Shown: positions 25,782 to 55,553, counted from the stretch's first letter. The stretch is DNA of 64,000 nt from Octopus vulgaris (GCA_951406725.2 OX597822.1:36828001-36892000); one strand, 5' to 3'. The notes: generated by a model not told the origin, from the letters alone. Program-made: numbers and translations.

Positions 25782-26744
25782 CTTTACCTATTTTTCCTAT
25801 CTTTGCATTATTTACATAGATGTATTTGTTTACATAGACATATTGTAACTTACAGTGCTGGATCTGAATTCTATAGAAAATCTATAGAGATAATCTTAAA
25901 AATCTTTTATTATGTTTAATGTTTGAAACAAGAATGTCATAATATTTAATTATCTATACAGATTTTTAAAAGTACCTTAATCATCACATTACAAAATAAA
26001 AACTCTTATTTCAGAGTTATCAAGACTAGTTGACTTCACATCTCTCTAGTTTCACCCTATTGATTTTTGCTTTACATAATTGATTCCAAGATGAGCATCA
26101 GATGAAAAGGTTCATCATGTATTAAACAGTTAATGCAATTTAATGTCTGGGACAAAAAAAGAATGTTACTCACTAAGTCCTAATAAGTCTTTCAAGCTTT
26201 CATAAGTTGTTCTTGTCTAATTTTAATCAAACAGGCATATGATCAAATGCTTCCTAGCCATGAACATCGCATCATTTTCTCTGTCAGACACTACAATGTT
26301 CAGTGTATGTTTCTCCTTTTCTTTTCTTTTTTTTTTTTGTTGAGATGGAAGAGGATGGTTCAAAAGATATTTAGCTTCTAGTTCTAACAGCTCCATCAAA
26401 CACATAGACACATCATTTTAGTATAACCTATAATGCAAGCTATAAGTTTTTGCAGGTTCTCCACGATGGCACTTTGTTGTTCATCAGAGACGACAGTTAA
26501 CAAAGCAAAATTTCTTCCAAGCTGGCTTGGAATATGTGCAGAGTGGACTTTTCACATCTTGGAAAGAATCTTAGACTACAACTGTTAAATACATGTAGCT
26601 ATGGTAGTACAACCTCTATACTTCATTTGGGCCTTCAATTAAAGAGTGACAAAATATTAACAATTCTTTAAAAGAGCTATAATGGAAGGCAAGGTTTACG
26701 ATATTGGGAGAATATCACCTTCTCCCATTATATCTTGTTCTTCA

Positions 26745-27146
26745 TGTAGTTCAGGCTCCGGCAGGTGAAGAAAGAAGTCGTTAAGTACAAATGCAATTTA
26801 CGACTGGTTTATTTACAAGTTTCACAGAACAGGTGAAGTGTGTTGCTCTCAGCAACCATCTCAAGCTGTGTGCGTGGTGTTGTATCTCCATTGCCTCTGG
26901 AGGTACAACATGCAGACAGGCCCAGCCAGTGAAGTGTGCACAGCAACGGCTGATGTGTTGAAGCGGAGAGAGAGAGAAAATGAGTCTGTTTCTGTTTTGC
27001 CCTTAAATACAGTTTGCCATTGCAAGCCTCGTTGTGATCTCGCACATGGCAAATGGATGCAGGTGAGGTCTCGCTCCAGTCTCAGAGATGGCAATGGCTG
27101 CCACGAGATCTCATCCAATATGGCACTGATTGCTTGTGCCGCTACA
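26745..27146 (-). mobile_element. Possible solo LTR
   Basis: 402-bp GC-richer block bounded by TGTAG...CTACA, with AATAAA on the minus strand (26808-26813). No TSD was recognised. Confidence 0.4.
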
Positions 27147-27339
27147 AAGCCATTATTTGAAGAACATTTTAAAACTAGTCAGCTTTCCTAAATTGATTGT
27201 GTGATGCTGTTGCATGTAAATGTAGGTGGGTTAAATGAACCTTGTGAGAACTTGGTTATTATTTATTTTGATGTATGATCTCACAATACTTCGAGCTTAT
27301 GTAAGTTTAGGGATATATATAAACTGGTGCTCCTTCACT

Positions 27340-27650
27340 TATGATGATAAGGGTTCCAGTTGATCCAATCAACAGAACAACCTGTTCGTGAAATTAAAAT
27401 GCAAGTGGCTGAGTATTCCACAGACATGTGTATACTTAATATAGTTCTGAGGGAGATTCAGTGAGGCACAGAATGTGATGAGGCTGGCCCTTTGAAATAC
27501 AGGTACAACTCATGTTTGCCAGTTGGGTGGACAGGAGCAATGTGAAATAAAGTGCCTTGCTCAACGGCAAGAACATGCCACCAAGAATCAAACTCATGAC
27601 CTTATGAACATGGGCCAAATACCCTAACCATGCAGCCACATGCCTTCACT
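27340..27650 (-). mobile_element. tRNA-derived SINE (family C); related copies at ~29125-29370 and ~46840-47075
   Basis: Shared core ggccctttgaaatacaggtacaactc..gagcaatgtgaaataaagtg..ttgctcaa with a tRNA-like head on the minus strand. Confidence 0.7.
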
Positions 27651-28661
27651 CCATATATAAGTGTGTGTGTGTAAAACCAAAATATTGCTAGCTGTTCTTC
27701 TCCCCACCTACTATACACTTTCTAAGTAACTACTACCTCAGACTATGTTTAACACCAACCACCTTTCTAATATAATGAAAGAGAAACAACTCATTCCTTA
27801 CACTGCCACTTGCACCAACTATCTCCTTAAAGTAATGAGAGAGAGGGTGGAGGAGAAGGACAGACAGAGAGATAGCTAGATAGATAGAAGGAGGAAGAGA
27901 ACTGCTTCCTGCAGAAGTTTGGTTTGCTATTTTCTGGCAATCTGGTTTGCCCTACTGAATCACAACCTAATAATATTTGACACCATGTAAGGTAAGGTCA
28001 ATGAATGTTGGTTGGTCTTGGAGTTCAACAAAGAAGCTTCTACGTGGTCATGCAACCTGCTGGAATTAGTAACAAAATCTCTCTCAAATCAGACTCTACT
28101 GTCTTAAAGGATATATCTGATATAGTAATACCTTGCATAGTCAAGTCAATACAGGAAGGCTTCAGTGAAGTTGCTCAAACTGGCAGAAATAGAAGAGAAA
28201 TTTCCCTCAAATTATCATCTTAAATTAGGAAAAATAACATATAGCTAAAAAAATGCAAAATATATTTACATGAACTAGGAGAGAACCACTTGGAGAGTAG
28301 TGATTCACCTTGTTACTAAAATAATGTTTATGTTTCATCTGAAGTAAAGTGTAAAAACACAGAAAACTAACATTAAGAAAATATTTTGCTTCTCATTCAA
28401 CCCAAAATATTTGTGCTTTTTATAAATGAAAATTAGCAAGAACTTGCTACAATTTACATAACATTAGTAATTTGATGTTTGACAATATATAAAAATAACT
28501 TTTTACTGTTGATTTTTACAGTTTATATCATTTTATATATCAGCCCTTTAGCATTCGGATTACTCTGTAAAATATAATTCTTATTTATTCATACTTTGAA
28601 TTAATCATGCATTATCTTGTAGTTTTGAGATTTTGATATGATACACACATACATATACATA

Positions 28662-29052
28662 TTCTTTTACTTGTTTCAGTCATTTGACTACAGCCATGCT
28701 AGGGCACTGCCTTTAGTTGAACAAATCGACCCCAGGACTTATTCTTTGTAAGCCTAGTACTTATTCTATCGGTCTCTTTTGCTGAACCATTAACTTATGG
28801 GGACGTAAACATACCAACATCAGTTGTCAGGTGATGGTGGGGGACGAAACAGACACAAACATATACACACACATATATGTGTGTGTGTATGACAGGCTTC
28901 TTTCAGTTTCCGTCTACCAAATCAATTCACAAAGCTTTGGTTGGCCTGAGGATATAGTAGAAGACAGTTGCCTAAGGTGCCATGCAGTGGGACTGAACCC
29001 AGAACTATGTGGTTGGTAAGCAAGCTACTTACCAGAAAGCCACTCCTGTGCC
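28662..29052 (-). mobile_element. tRNA-derived SINE (family A)
   Basis: Reverse complement of the full-length copy at 42451-42850. Confidence 0.85.
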
Positions 29053-29901
29053 TGTATGTATATATATATATATTTTTTTTACACACACACACATACACAT
29101 AGATATAAAACATTGATCAGATGATCTGATCAATAGAACAGCCTGCTCATGTAATTAACATGCAGGTGGATGAGCATTCCACAGCACGACAGAGAGTGTG
29201 ACAAGGCTGGCCCTTTGAAATACAAATACAACTCATTTTTGCCAGATGAGTGAACTGAAACATCATGAAATAAAGTGTCTTGCTCATAAACACAGCAGGC
29301 CACCAGGAATTGAACTCCCGATCTTATGATCATAAGCCAAATACCCTAACTATTAAACCACATACCTTCACTATATCTGTGTGCGTGTGTATATTGCTTA
29401 ATAACAGTCTGACTCTGCTCCATGCAAGTTCGTGGGTTGGTTCTAGAAGCTTACAAAATTGTAAGTCGCATGGAGCTGAGTCAAACTGTTATTAAATAAT
29501 ACATGTAAATCCTAGCAAATGTGTTGAGTGCCACTTTCTTTCATTTGTCCACTCACTCATGCACATGTAAGTGTAAATACATTGTAACTACGAGCCATAT
29601 CACAATTTCTGTAGTGCCAGCCACCACTCTCCTTCCTGTAGGCTACACCCAACAGACATTTATGCATCAGCCCAGCTAATATAGGTTAGATGGAATGAAA
29701 TTGAGGTAGGATTTGTATGGCCAGGTGCAGGTCTTGTCATGGACCCTTACTTGCTTTTCTAAGTGATTTTATTTTTTTAGTTTAAAAGACATTATTTGAG
29801 AGTTTCATTAAAAATTATGATAAGGCCACAAGGTAACATTAAATTAAAACACAAATAAAAAAAGAATTCCAATAAGAAAAGTAAGAAACAGAATCAAGAT
29901 A

Positions 29902-29907
29902 TTTATT
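29902..29907 (-). terminator. Candidate IDI1 polyadenylation signal (implies a ~1.7-kb 3'UTR)
   Basis: AATAAA on the minus strand, followed by U-rich sequence, at the end of a repeat-free block downstream of the IDI1 stop. Confidence 0.35.
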
Positions 29908-31562
29908 TAAATTGTGATTAAATGAAAATAAATTATTTTATCAAACAGAAGTGTAATAGGTTTCAAAGTTTAGAAATGAGACATAAAAAAATATATAATT
30001 AGAGTCCATATGAATTTTTGAAGCAGAAATTTTAGTACAGCAGATACTAATATTTTCTCTCTGGATTACCAAACAAAAGAAAAATCTTTGTAATAAGTTT
30101 TTAATGTCTGGTTAATATTACATTTGAAATGGTGTCACCTCACCATTTAGAGAGTAAACAGAGATAAAGATTTCATTTACAAGATGGTAGACATAACAGA
30201 GACAAGAATCTATGAGAGAACAGAAGGTAAGGAGTTTATTTTTCATGCTTTGTAGTGGTAAGAGAATGTTTCAGTAATTGGTACAGCAGAAGTAAAGAAA
30301 TTAAATCAGTTACAGAACCAAGTCTCATTCAAAAAGAGATGCTGCTATCTCCAATCGCTGAAATATTTTATATCAAACAACAATTTTTTGAATGTTAGGC
30401 AATGAGCCGATCTTTACCAATTCTACCAAGAATTTATAAAAATACAAAATAAACTCTCAACTTCCAATACAAATGTGTCTATTGTTAGAGACATCAAGTC
30501 TATTCTTAAAGAAGTTCAATATAGAAAAATATTGTTTATATACAAGACAATGTACACAACTATATTACAATCGTTTTTCTTCATCTCATGAGTTTCATGG
30601 TTTGTTTCTCAGGATAATTGTTTATACTGACAGATGCCCTTGTAATCCTACCCATTGATTTAAGGATAGAACCTGCAGTCAGTCTGGTAAACTAAAATAT
30701 ACAAAAGTATGTTACCCAGAGATATACACAATAATTAGCTATAGAGTGTCTTGAACTCATAACCACATGATCAGTTTTCTCCATGGAAATAGTAAAATAT
30801 AATTTTCAATCAATCCTTTGACAGAATGGTGGCAATATAAAGACAGGTTTTAAAAATCAGACACCAGCTCTAACTCTATGATCTAAGTCATTATCAATAT
30901 CTTCCTTTCCCCATTCCTCCACCTCCTCATCATCATCAATAGCAATCAGCATCATGACAGAAGTAACAGAGGGTCTAACGACAATATTAAAGCACTGTTC
31001 CCAAGAATAACATTTACAAAATGATTAATACAGTAATGAACAATTAATGTCTATATATCAATATTTCTCTCAACATCGACTGTTGTTGGAGCAGTAGATA
31101 GCCTTAATAGTCGTGCTGTGGTGTGTGGGTGGATAATGAGGGTTAGGGTCTTGTAAAAGGCAAAAACCTTTCTACTCCACCAAGTAGAATGGCTGAAAGT
31201 TCGATCATTGTTTACTGTCCTTACTTTGTATATTGCTAAATTTTTGACTGATCTGTCACTAAAAACTGGGCCTCAATTCAAAGTTCTTATCACATGATTT
31301 GCCAGTTTTACCTAACTTGATTCTTTAAAATTATTTACACACATAATCAAGATAAAATATTATCAAAACAAAATCAAATTAATATTTCATTCTATCCATT
31401 TCATAAAGAAAACAAAAGAAAAATAGAAAATAACAGAGAAAAAAAATAAAATGTAAAGATAATAAAATATGAATTGCTGAGGAAGTATGGAGGTCGCAAT
31501 CTGGGAATTGAGTTGATGTTATCAGAACTGTTGTAATATTAACAAAGGTTCTACAGGAGTCT

Positions 31563-47587
<16,025 letters not shown>

Positions 47588-47649
47588 TCTGGAAGCAGGT
47601 GCTCTGAAAAATAGAAATATCATGATTATTATTATTATTATTATTATTA

Positions 47650-48232
47650 TTACACCCCTGGCATAGGCATATGCCAGGGGTGTAACCAGCCCACTTATAC
47701 ATACCTTTCCTTCATTGGACACTAAACTCTGCTTTCAAATAACTTTTGAGGCAAGTGAAAACAAATTCAAATTCGATGATTGGCATCCATGCTAGTGGAG
47801 CGCTAAGAGCACCATCCAAGCATGATCGTTGCCCAGAATAGCTAACTGGCTTCCATGCCGGTGGCACGTAAAAAGCACCATTCGAGCATGATTGTTACCA
47901 GCGTCGCCTTACTGGCACTTGTGCCAGTGGCATCTGAAAAACATTCAAGCAAGGTCGTTGCCAGTGCAGCTGGACTGGCTCCTGTGCAGGAGGCACGTAA
48001 AAAACACCACTTGTGCATGGCCGTTGCCAGTACAGCCTGACTGGCCTTCGTGCCGGTGGCACATAAAAGCACCCACTACACTCTCAGAGTGGTTGGCATT
48101 AGGAAGGGCATCCAGCTGTAGAAACTCTGCCAGATCAGATTGGAGCCTGGTGCAGCCATCTGGTTCATCAGTCCTCAGTCAAATCATCCAACCCATGCTA
48201 GCATGGAAAGCGGACGTTAAACGATGATGATG

Positions 48233-48235
<3 letters not shown>
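47650..48235 (+). mobile_element. RTE LINE 3'UTR copy with a short 5' inversion
   Basis: Homologous to ~17125-17683. It begins with the 16-bp hairpin ttacacccctggcata/tatgccaggggtgtaa. Confidence 0.8.
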
Positions 48236-48263
<28 letters not shown>

Positions 48264-49559
48264 CTATTATTATTATTATTATTGAATGAGAGAGTAGCAC
48301 ATGCCATCACAGTGACATAGGGGTACGAATATACAAAGCTCAATATACCTGTCATGACTACCAGTCTGATAAGGGTACACCAGGTACATGTATCACAACC
48401 ATATGGGCACAACATGGTGACTTCATATCAAAATAAAGCACATAACCTTGCAAATGGGACCCACTTGACTAGGACATATTTCATTGACCCCTGCATGATT
48501 TGAACTCGGAATGTACAGGGACATAACAAAATATGGTAGGAATTTGTCAACCATCAACCAGATCTACTATTCACTATCTTGTATTGCTCATAATATAATA
48601 ATATACTAACAGTAGTGGCTGTATTTATAAACAGTATCAGAAAAAGTTACACTAGTCTCTTTCCTCTTCTGTCTGAGATTGTGTTCAATAAATGGGTGAA
48701 TGTGAACTTGGCATATGTGTATGCATGTTTGCGTATATACTTATATATAGGTGTGTATGCTTATATGTATTTGTGCGTAAATGTGCATGTGTATAAGCTT
48801 GTATGTGTGTGTATGCTTTTATATATATAGACCATAACTTCAGGTGAATTGCTGTGCTTGAGAAGACACATCAAGCTAAGTGAAAAATGTGGTCATGGCC
48901 AGTGCTGTGTAAAAGGCACCCATGCCAGTGACACATAAATAGCACCCATACTTGTGACACATAAAAGAAACCCAGTACACTCTGTGCTATGGTTGGTGTT
49001 GGGAAGCGCATCCAGCCATAGAAACCAAGCCTGGTGCAGTTCTCCAGCTTACCATATCTAGTCAAACCTTCTAAGCCATGCCGGCATGGAAAAATGGACA
49101 TTAAATGATGATGATGATGATACATGCACATATCTTTAATATAGGAATTCTTCCTATAAGGAAGAAGTTGCTTTCTAACAAAGAAACTAAGATCTGTTTG
49201 GATAACAAGAGAAATGATGCATGTAGTCTGTTGAACTATAGAAATGCCAAATATTGAATACTGGTCTCAAATTTTGGCACAAAGCCAGCAATTTCAAGGG
49301 AAGGGGTAAGTGGATTACATTAACCCCAGTGTTCAACTGCTACTTATTTTATCGTTCCTGAAAGAATGAAAGGCAAAGTCAACCCTGGCAGAATTTAAAC
49401 ACAGAATCTAAAGACGGACAAAATGCCACTAAGCATTCTGCTCGGTGTGTTAAAGATTCCGCCAGCTTGCTACCTTAGGCAGGATTCTACAGTTCTATAT
49501 TTAACAGATGAGGAATTATTCACATTCGACGGATATTTGTCCTCATCTTGTTTGTTGTT

Positions 49560-49605
49560 AACACAACGTTTCGGCTGATATACCCTCCAGCCTTCATCAG
49601 GTGTC
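49560..49605 (-). ncRNA. Minimal type I hammerhead ribozyme motif (intact copy)
   Basis: gacac-CTGATGA-a-ggctg-gagggtatat-cagcc-GAAA-cgtt-gtgtt. Confidence 0.65.
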
Positions 49606-49845
49606 TTGGGGAAATTTCGAACCTGGGTTCTCATTCCTAAGGTATTTTTCGATGTTATTATTATTATCATTATTCAGGTCACTGCCTGGAATCAAACTCG
49701 GAATCTTATGGCATAGTGTTTAAGAGCACAGGCTACTAACCCCAAGATTCCGAGTTCAATTCCAGGCAGTGACCTGAATGATAATAATGATAACAACATC
49801 GAAAAATACCTTAGGAATGAGAACCTAGGTTTGAAATTTCCTCAA

Positions 49846-49891
49846 GACACCTGATGAAGGCTGGAGGGTATATCAACCGAAACATTGTGTT
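49846..49891 (+). ncRNA. Minimal hammerhead motif (mutated mirror copy)
   Basis: gacac-CTGATGA-aggctggagggtatatcaacc-GAAA-catt-gtgtt, with two G>A changes relative to the left copy. Confidence 0.55.
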
Positions 49892-50594
49892 AACAACAAA
49901 CAAGATGAGGACAATTATCCGTCAAATGTACATAATGTTAGGTAGGATTTATATTAACACACACAAATGGTGGATCACAGGAAAGCTGAGAAAAGCTGGA
50001 CATTATAGGTGAAATGGTGGAGATAAAAGACATGAAATGAAGTGTTCACGTGTGGTGAGTGTACTGATATGGTAAACATGTGATGTGAATGAGACGTGAA
50101 TGGGAGAATGAGAGATGGTTAAAGATAAGGAATGAATGAGTGGGTGAATATAATGAAGAACAAATGTAGAGGGGTGATAAGTAAGGGGAATCAGGGAGGT
50201 GGGAAGAGTAGGTGACAACTGTAAAAATTGGGTAGGGTTGAGGTTTAGGCTGATGGATGACTATTGATACATGTGATAGGGGGTGATAAGGTGGGGAAAG
50301 ATAAATGACAGTGCAGAAAGGGGATGAGTTGTTGAAGAACAGCTAAGTAGTAGTAGCAGTAGCAGCAGCAGTAGTAGTAGTAGTAGTAGTAGTAGATAAT
50401 ATTATTAACAGAATATTACTGCATTGGGTATAACACAGTAATATACTGCTGATATCAAGAGAATGGGTGAGAAAAACTTAGGAAGAAGTTGTGAAGACAA
50501 ACCTCAGGTTACTAGATTGTGATCAAAGATTGAAGTGATTGGTGATATGCCAGACCTATGTAACTTATGGCAATAGTGTTTCATGGACAGAATA

Positions 50595-50824
50595 TTAACC
50601 CTTTCAAAACCAACTCAGCTGCAATCGCCCCTGGCTTTGTAGTACAAATGTCTTATTTTCCTAAGTTTTGAATTAAAATCTTCCACCAAACCTTAGTCAC
50701 AATTTATGTTTCTAACACTAGTTTAATTATAACTAAATTATTTTACTAATTTATTTGTTATATTTAAAATTAATTGAAAGAAACACAGAGCATCTCAAAA
50801 TAAATACAGTAAAGAAAGGGTTGA
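50595..50824. mobile_element. piggyBac-like MITE (inverted copy of 37668-37896)
   Basis: TTAACCCTTT...AAAGGGTTGA ends, with internal sequence complementary to the other copy. Confidence 0.7.
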
Positions 50825-51439
50825 ATTCTTCATTACCTCATTTGACTTATCTGTCATGAATAAATGGCTCCAGGAAACCTATATGTGATAAATCAGTGTG
50901 ATATCCAAGATAACTGTTTTCCTTTATCTGTTTTTAATATGAACTCAAGTTAAAGTGGTGTGCTGGAAAAATCATTAGCACCCTGGGTAAAATGCTTGGT
51001 GGCATTTCATCTGTCTCTACGTTCTGAGTTCAAATGCCACTGGGGCTAACTTTGCCTTTCGTCCTTTCAGGGTTGATAAAATAAATACCAGTTGAGCGCT
51101 GAGGTCAATATAATGCCCCGAAATTGCTGGCCTTGTGCCAAAATTTGAAATCATTATTATAAACAATACACAAGGTGGCAAGCTGGCACACTCGTTAGCA
51201 TACCAGGCAAAATGCTTAGCAGTATTTCATCCACCTTTATGTTCTGAGTTCAAATTCCACTGAGGTCGACTTTTCCTTTCATCTTTTGGGGATCAATAAA
51301 ATAAGTACCTGTTGAGCACTGGGGGGGGGGGGGGGAGTCGATGTAATTGATTTACCTCTCCACCCAAAATTGCTGGCCTTGTGCTAATATTTGAAACCAT
51401 AATTATCAGCAATATATACATGTCTACATTCTCATTTAC

Positions 51440-51632
51440 ACTCTTTTACTGGTTTCAGTCATGTGATTGTGGCCACGCTGGAGCACTGCCTTTAGTCGAG
51501 CAAATCGACCCCAGGACTTATTCTTTGTAAGCCTAGTACTTATTCTATTGGTCTCTTTTGCCGAACCGCTAAGTTACAGGGACCACTAAGCAGTGTTGGG
51601 GGGACAAACACAGACATACAAATATATAACAC

Positions 51633-51678
<46 letters not shown>

Positions 51679-51860
51679 ATGATGATACACATACACGATG
51701 GGCTTCTTTCAGCTTCCGTCTACCAAATTCACTCACAAAGATTTGGTCGGCCCGAGGCTATAGTAGAAGACATTTGCCCAAGGTGCCATACAGTGGGACT
51801 GAACCCAGAACCATGTGATTGGTAATAAAGCTACTTACCACACAGCCACTCCTACGCCTA
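51440..51860 (-). mobile_element. tRNA-derived SINE (family A)
   Basis: Reverse complement of the 42451-42850 type. Confidence 0.85.
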
Positions 51861-52599
51861 TTGTTCATATTATAAACTATAAATATTTATATTTCTTATA
51901 TTTTTATAAACAATAAGTACCTTATGCAAATTATTTTAATTTTATTATTACATAGCTTTTGTTTCTTAAATATTTTACTATGTGACAATATGCTGAATTG
52001 CCATGAAATTTGCCAAACTGCCAGAAAACTCATCATTTAATAGTATGGTACAAACAGAGATGGGAGGATAGCAGCAGCAGCAGTAGTGGTGGTGGTGGTG
52101 GTAGTATGGGGAGATGCTGTAGCTTTTGGTTTATTCTCAAGCTCTATTACAGGTCAAAGGTAGTAATCTAGACGAATTAAATTCTGTTTTCCATAGCTGT
52201 CAACATTGATAGAGGTGAGAAACTGTTGAAATGTGATATCAGTTAAATGGGGACCATTAGATAGTTCTGTGAGTGGCAACAGATTGTAGTTACACTGTCA
52301 CCTGCAAACTCTAAGAGATAAAGTACGTTCTACTTGTATATAACACTTGTTAAAGAAACTAATGATAAGAATGATTTAATAAAGCAGATAAGTATTTTAC
52401 TGTCTAGGAGACCTCAATAACCTGGTCAATAAATAAAATCAGCATATTTAAGCTGTCCTCAATTGAATAACATTGATGAGAAAATAAAACTAAGTACTAC
52501 AGAAAAGTGGCTCTCATACAAAATTTTTGTTTCATCTTAGTTTGGCTTTCTTTTGTAGTATATGGCATTTTTTCAGTTCAGTAAAATATTTTTTTAAAT

Positions 52600-53220
52600 A
52601 ATGAATAAATGATGCTAATTGTTCAATTTCTTTTATTCCAAGATTGCTATCTTAACCTACTGACATGACAGATTATGTTCAAATAGCTTTTGCTTCCAAA
52701 CACAACCAACATTACTCAAACTATGGACTAGAGAATTATTACTAAATTCAAAGACCACTTTTTTATCGCACATCATTAAGTTCTTACAAGATCTAAATTC
52801 ATCGATTGTAAAGAATTACAGCATGGTTAGTTACCATATCATGAATGCTACTGAAAATTTGATCAAGTCAGCGTGAGAAGTAAAAACAATCACAATTAAT
52901 TTTATCTGGAGTAAAACCTATCCAAACTGCCTTACAGACTTCCTTGGTTTTGAGGAAGCAATATAAAATACTAATCAAGAGGTTATTGGATTGGAACACT
53001 AGATTTAATGAAATAAATACAGATGATCCAGCAGAGATACTTGAATCACACAACAAAAAAATATCTAATGAGGACCTCATAGAGATGGAGTAGCACTGTG
53101 CTAAAGATGAAGATGAGAGTAAAGATGTGGAATTATCACAGATTTTAACAACTAAATATTTATCTGAAGTTTTCCAGTTTTTAGTCCAAAAACAACATCC
53201 TCTCACCAGTCTGAAAGGCC
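52600..53220 (+). mobile_element. Decayed pogo/Tigger DDE transposase fragment
   Basis: LLPNTTNITQTMD*RIITKFKDHF matches the LPPNTT..QPMDQG motif, and EILESHNKKISNEDLIEME resembles the Tigger C-terminus. Confidence 0.7.
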
Positions 53221-54029
53221 TAAAACAGAGTTATAGACACTTTCCTTCCTCCACTGGCTAAGACATTAATAAAAATGTCTCAATTACTTAACATATGGAA
53301 AACTAGTATTAGCTCCCACACATTGTAACCTCATATTCTCCTTCCCCTACAATCTTGCAAACCACTCACCCACCCATCCACTTTTCCCCACCTTGTGCCT
53401 TGTGGGAGCTACCAGGGCACTTCACACCATCATCTATCTCTTGCAGCTCCTACTGATCATTTTCTCTTTCTCCTCTTCACCTACTAGATGTGAGTAGCTA
53501 TGCAGATCCTTCTTCTAGAACCTGCTCTGCACCCCAGCTTCTCGTAGTAATCCCCCCACTACCATCCTCTAGCATGTATCTGTCCCCACCACCTGCCCCA
53601 GAGTTCATAGTCTTGCATATTGCACAGCAACTCAAATAATGCAGGGATACAAAAAAAAAAAGCACCAAGTCCATGCTATAAAGTGGTTGATGTTAGGAAA
53701 AGCATCAAGTCAAAGAAACCATACCAAAGCAGGCACTGGTACATAATGCAGTCCTTGGGCCCATCAAATCCTGTCAAACCATTTGATCCATACCAGCATG
53801 AATTATGGACATTAAATGATGAAATAAAATAGTGAAATAATCATATTTTAGGAGTCCAGTCTCATTGCATACAACTATCAAATATGAAAGGTCTGATTCA
53901 AGTTGTTGAAGACAAATGGGTTAATTTATCAGTCTTTTATCTTAATGCTAGAAAGATAAAAGATGTTGATTCTTAAACCTTAACAAGGTCACATCCCCTG
54001 GTGAAGAGGGCTGGCTTGCAAGGGTGCTG

Positions 54030-54312
54030 TGCCAGTGCCACATAAAAAGCACTTGTGCCGGCGCCACGTAATAAGCACTTGTGCTGGCGCCGTGTAATAA
54101 GCACTTGTGCCGGCGCCGCGTAATAAGCACTTGTGCCGGCGCCGCGTAATAAGCACTTGTGCCGGTACCATGTACCACATAATAAGCACTTGTGTTGGTG
54201 CCATGTAATAAACACTTGTGTCGGTGCTATGTACCACATAATAAACACTTGTGTTGGTGCCATGTAATAAACACTTGTGCTGATGCCATGTGATAAGCAC
54301 TTGTGCCGGTGC
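54030..54312. repeat. ~26-bp minisatellite (gcacttgtgccggcgccgcgtaataa) inside an RTE 3'UTR copy
   Basis: About 10 tandem units; the host element ends at ~54485 with an RTE-type tail. Confidence 0.9.
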
Positions 54313-55553
54313 TCTGTTAAACACATCCAGTACACAATGTGATATGGTTTGTGTTAGGAAGGCCATCCAGCCATAAAAACCAAACCAAATCAGACTGGAA
54401 CCTGGTGCAGCTTCCCAGCTCTGGTCAAGCCGTCCAACTTATGCCAGCATGGAAAATGGATGTCAAAGGACGAGGATGATGATGAAAAATACTTCTTCCT
54501 CTTTTTGTGCGATAAAAATAGTTTTAGCTTCTTCAGTAAAAAGTCAGCAGTGGACATCATTTCAAAACGAAATTGTTTCTCACATAAAATATTTTATATT
54601 TTTAGCACAAACATTTTCAAATATGTTTTACTCTGCCCATTGTTAGTTTGGTAATTCTCAACTAACACATGGAATGTAATGTTTACAGATGTTTCACATA
54701 ATTTTGTTAAATTTTTCAGTCATGAAAGCACTGTCGTCTCGGTTTCCTCAAAATTGTCAACAACATTATAGAATTCACCTACTTTTCCTCATCCCACTAC
54801 ACACACACATACATACACTCTACACAAGGGCAAGTTATTGAAACTTTATTTTTCTCACAACATAGTCAGGGAAAGAAGGTCAAGAATCACAAGACAATGT
54901 TTAAAACTAGTTTCAAAACAAATATCACAAAAGACTTTGCTTAAAGAACACCAGTTTTTGACTTCCTAGCTGGTGTTTACTTCATTGATATACATCAGCA
55001 AAAAACATACAAATACATATATATACATACAACAGGCTTCAATACAGCGTCTGTCTACCAAATTCCACACTCAATGTATTGATTGTATCAACCCAAAGTG
55101 AAGTTAGAAGACACTTGCTCATGGTGCTGTGCAGTGGGATTGAACACGAAACCATATGGTTGCAAGGTGAATTTCATAACAAGAAATACGCCTGCATCCA
55201 GTCTATCTTCAATGGCAGTTTTAATCAAATATTTATCCCTCCTTTACATTGTAAAGGCTTACAAAAGGCTATGGCTACTGCCCTGAGTCAAAAGCACCCA
55301 GCACACTCTGTAAAGTGGTTGGCATTAGGAAAGGCATTCGGCCATAGAAACCATGCCAAAACAGATAAACAAAGCTCGGACAGCTCTCTGGCTGGTCAGT
55401 TCCTGTCAAACCGTCCAACCCATGCCAGCATGGAAAACGGACGTTAATCAATGATGATGAATTATTGACAAAGGAAGTATTACATGGTAAGCTTTTGATT
55501 TGTCAAGTCCACACTCCTGATGCTAGGTTATGATTATTTTAATTAAGTTAGAG

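Larger units (their letters stand above)
49487..49937. mobile_element. Palindromic non-autonomous element with a tRNA-like centre and two inverted hammerhead motifs
   Basis: Inverted arms of ~190 bp. Flanking direct repeats ttaggcaggatt (49475-49486) and ttaggtaggatt (49938-49949). Confidence 0.75.

Noticed and set aside
49709-49770. tRNA gene
   Set aside because: It has A/B-box-like motifs but no complete cloverleaf, so it is treated as a SINE-type head. The same applies to the other SINE heads.
54030-54312. CRISPR-like appearance of ~26-bp repeats
   Set aside because: The units are directly tandem with no unique spacers, they lie inside a retroelement tail, and the context is eukaryotic with no cas genes.
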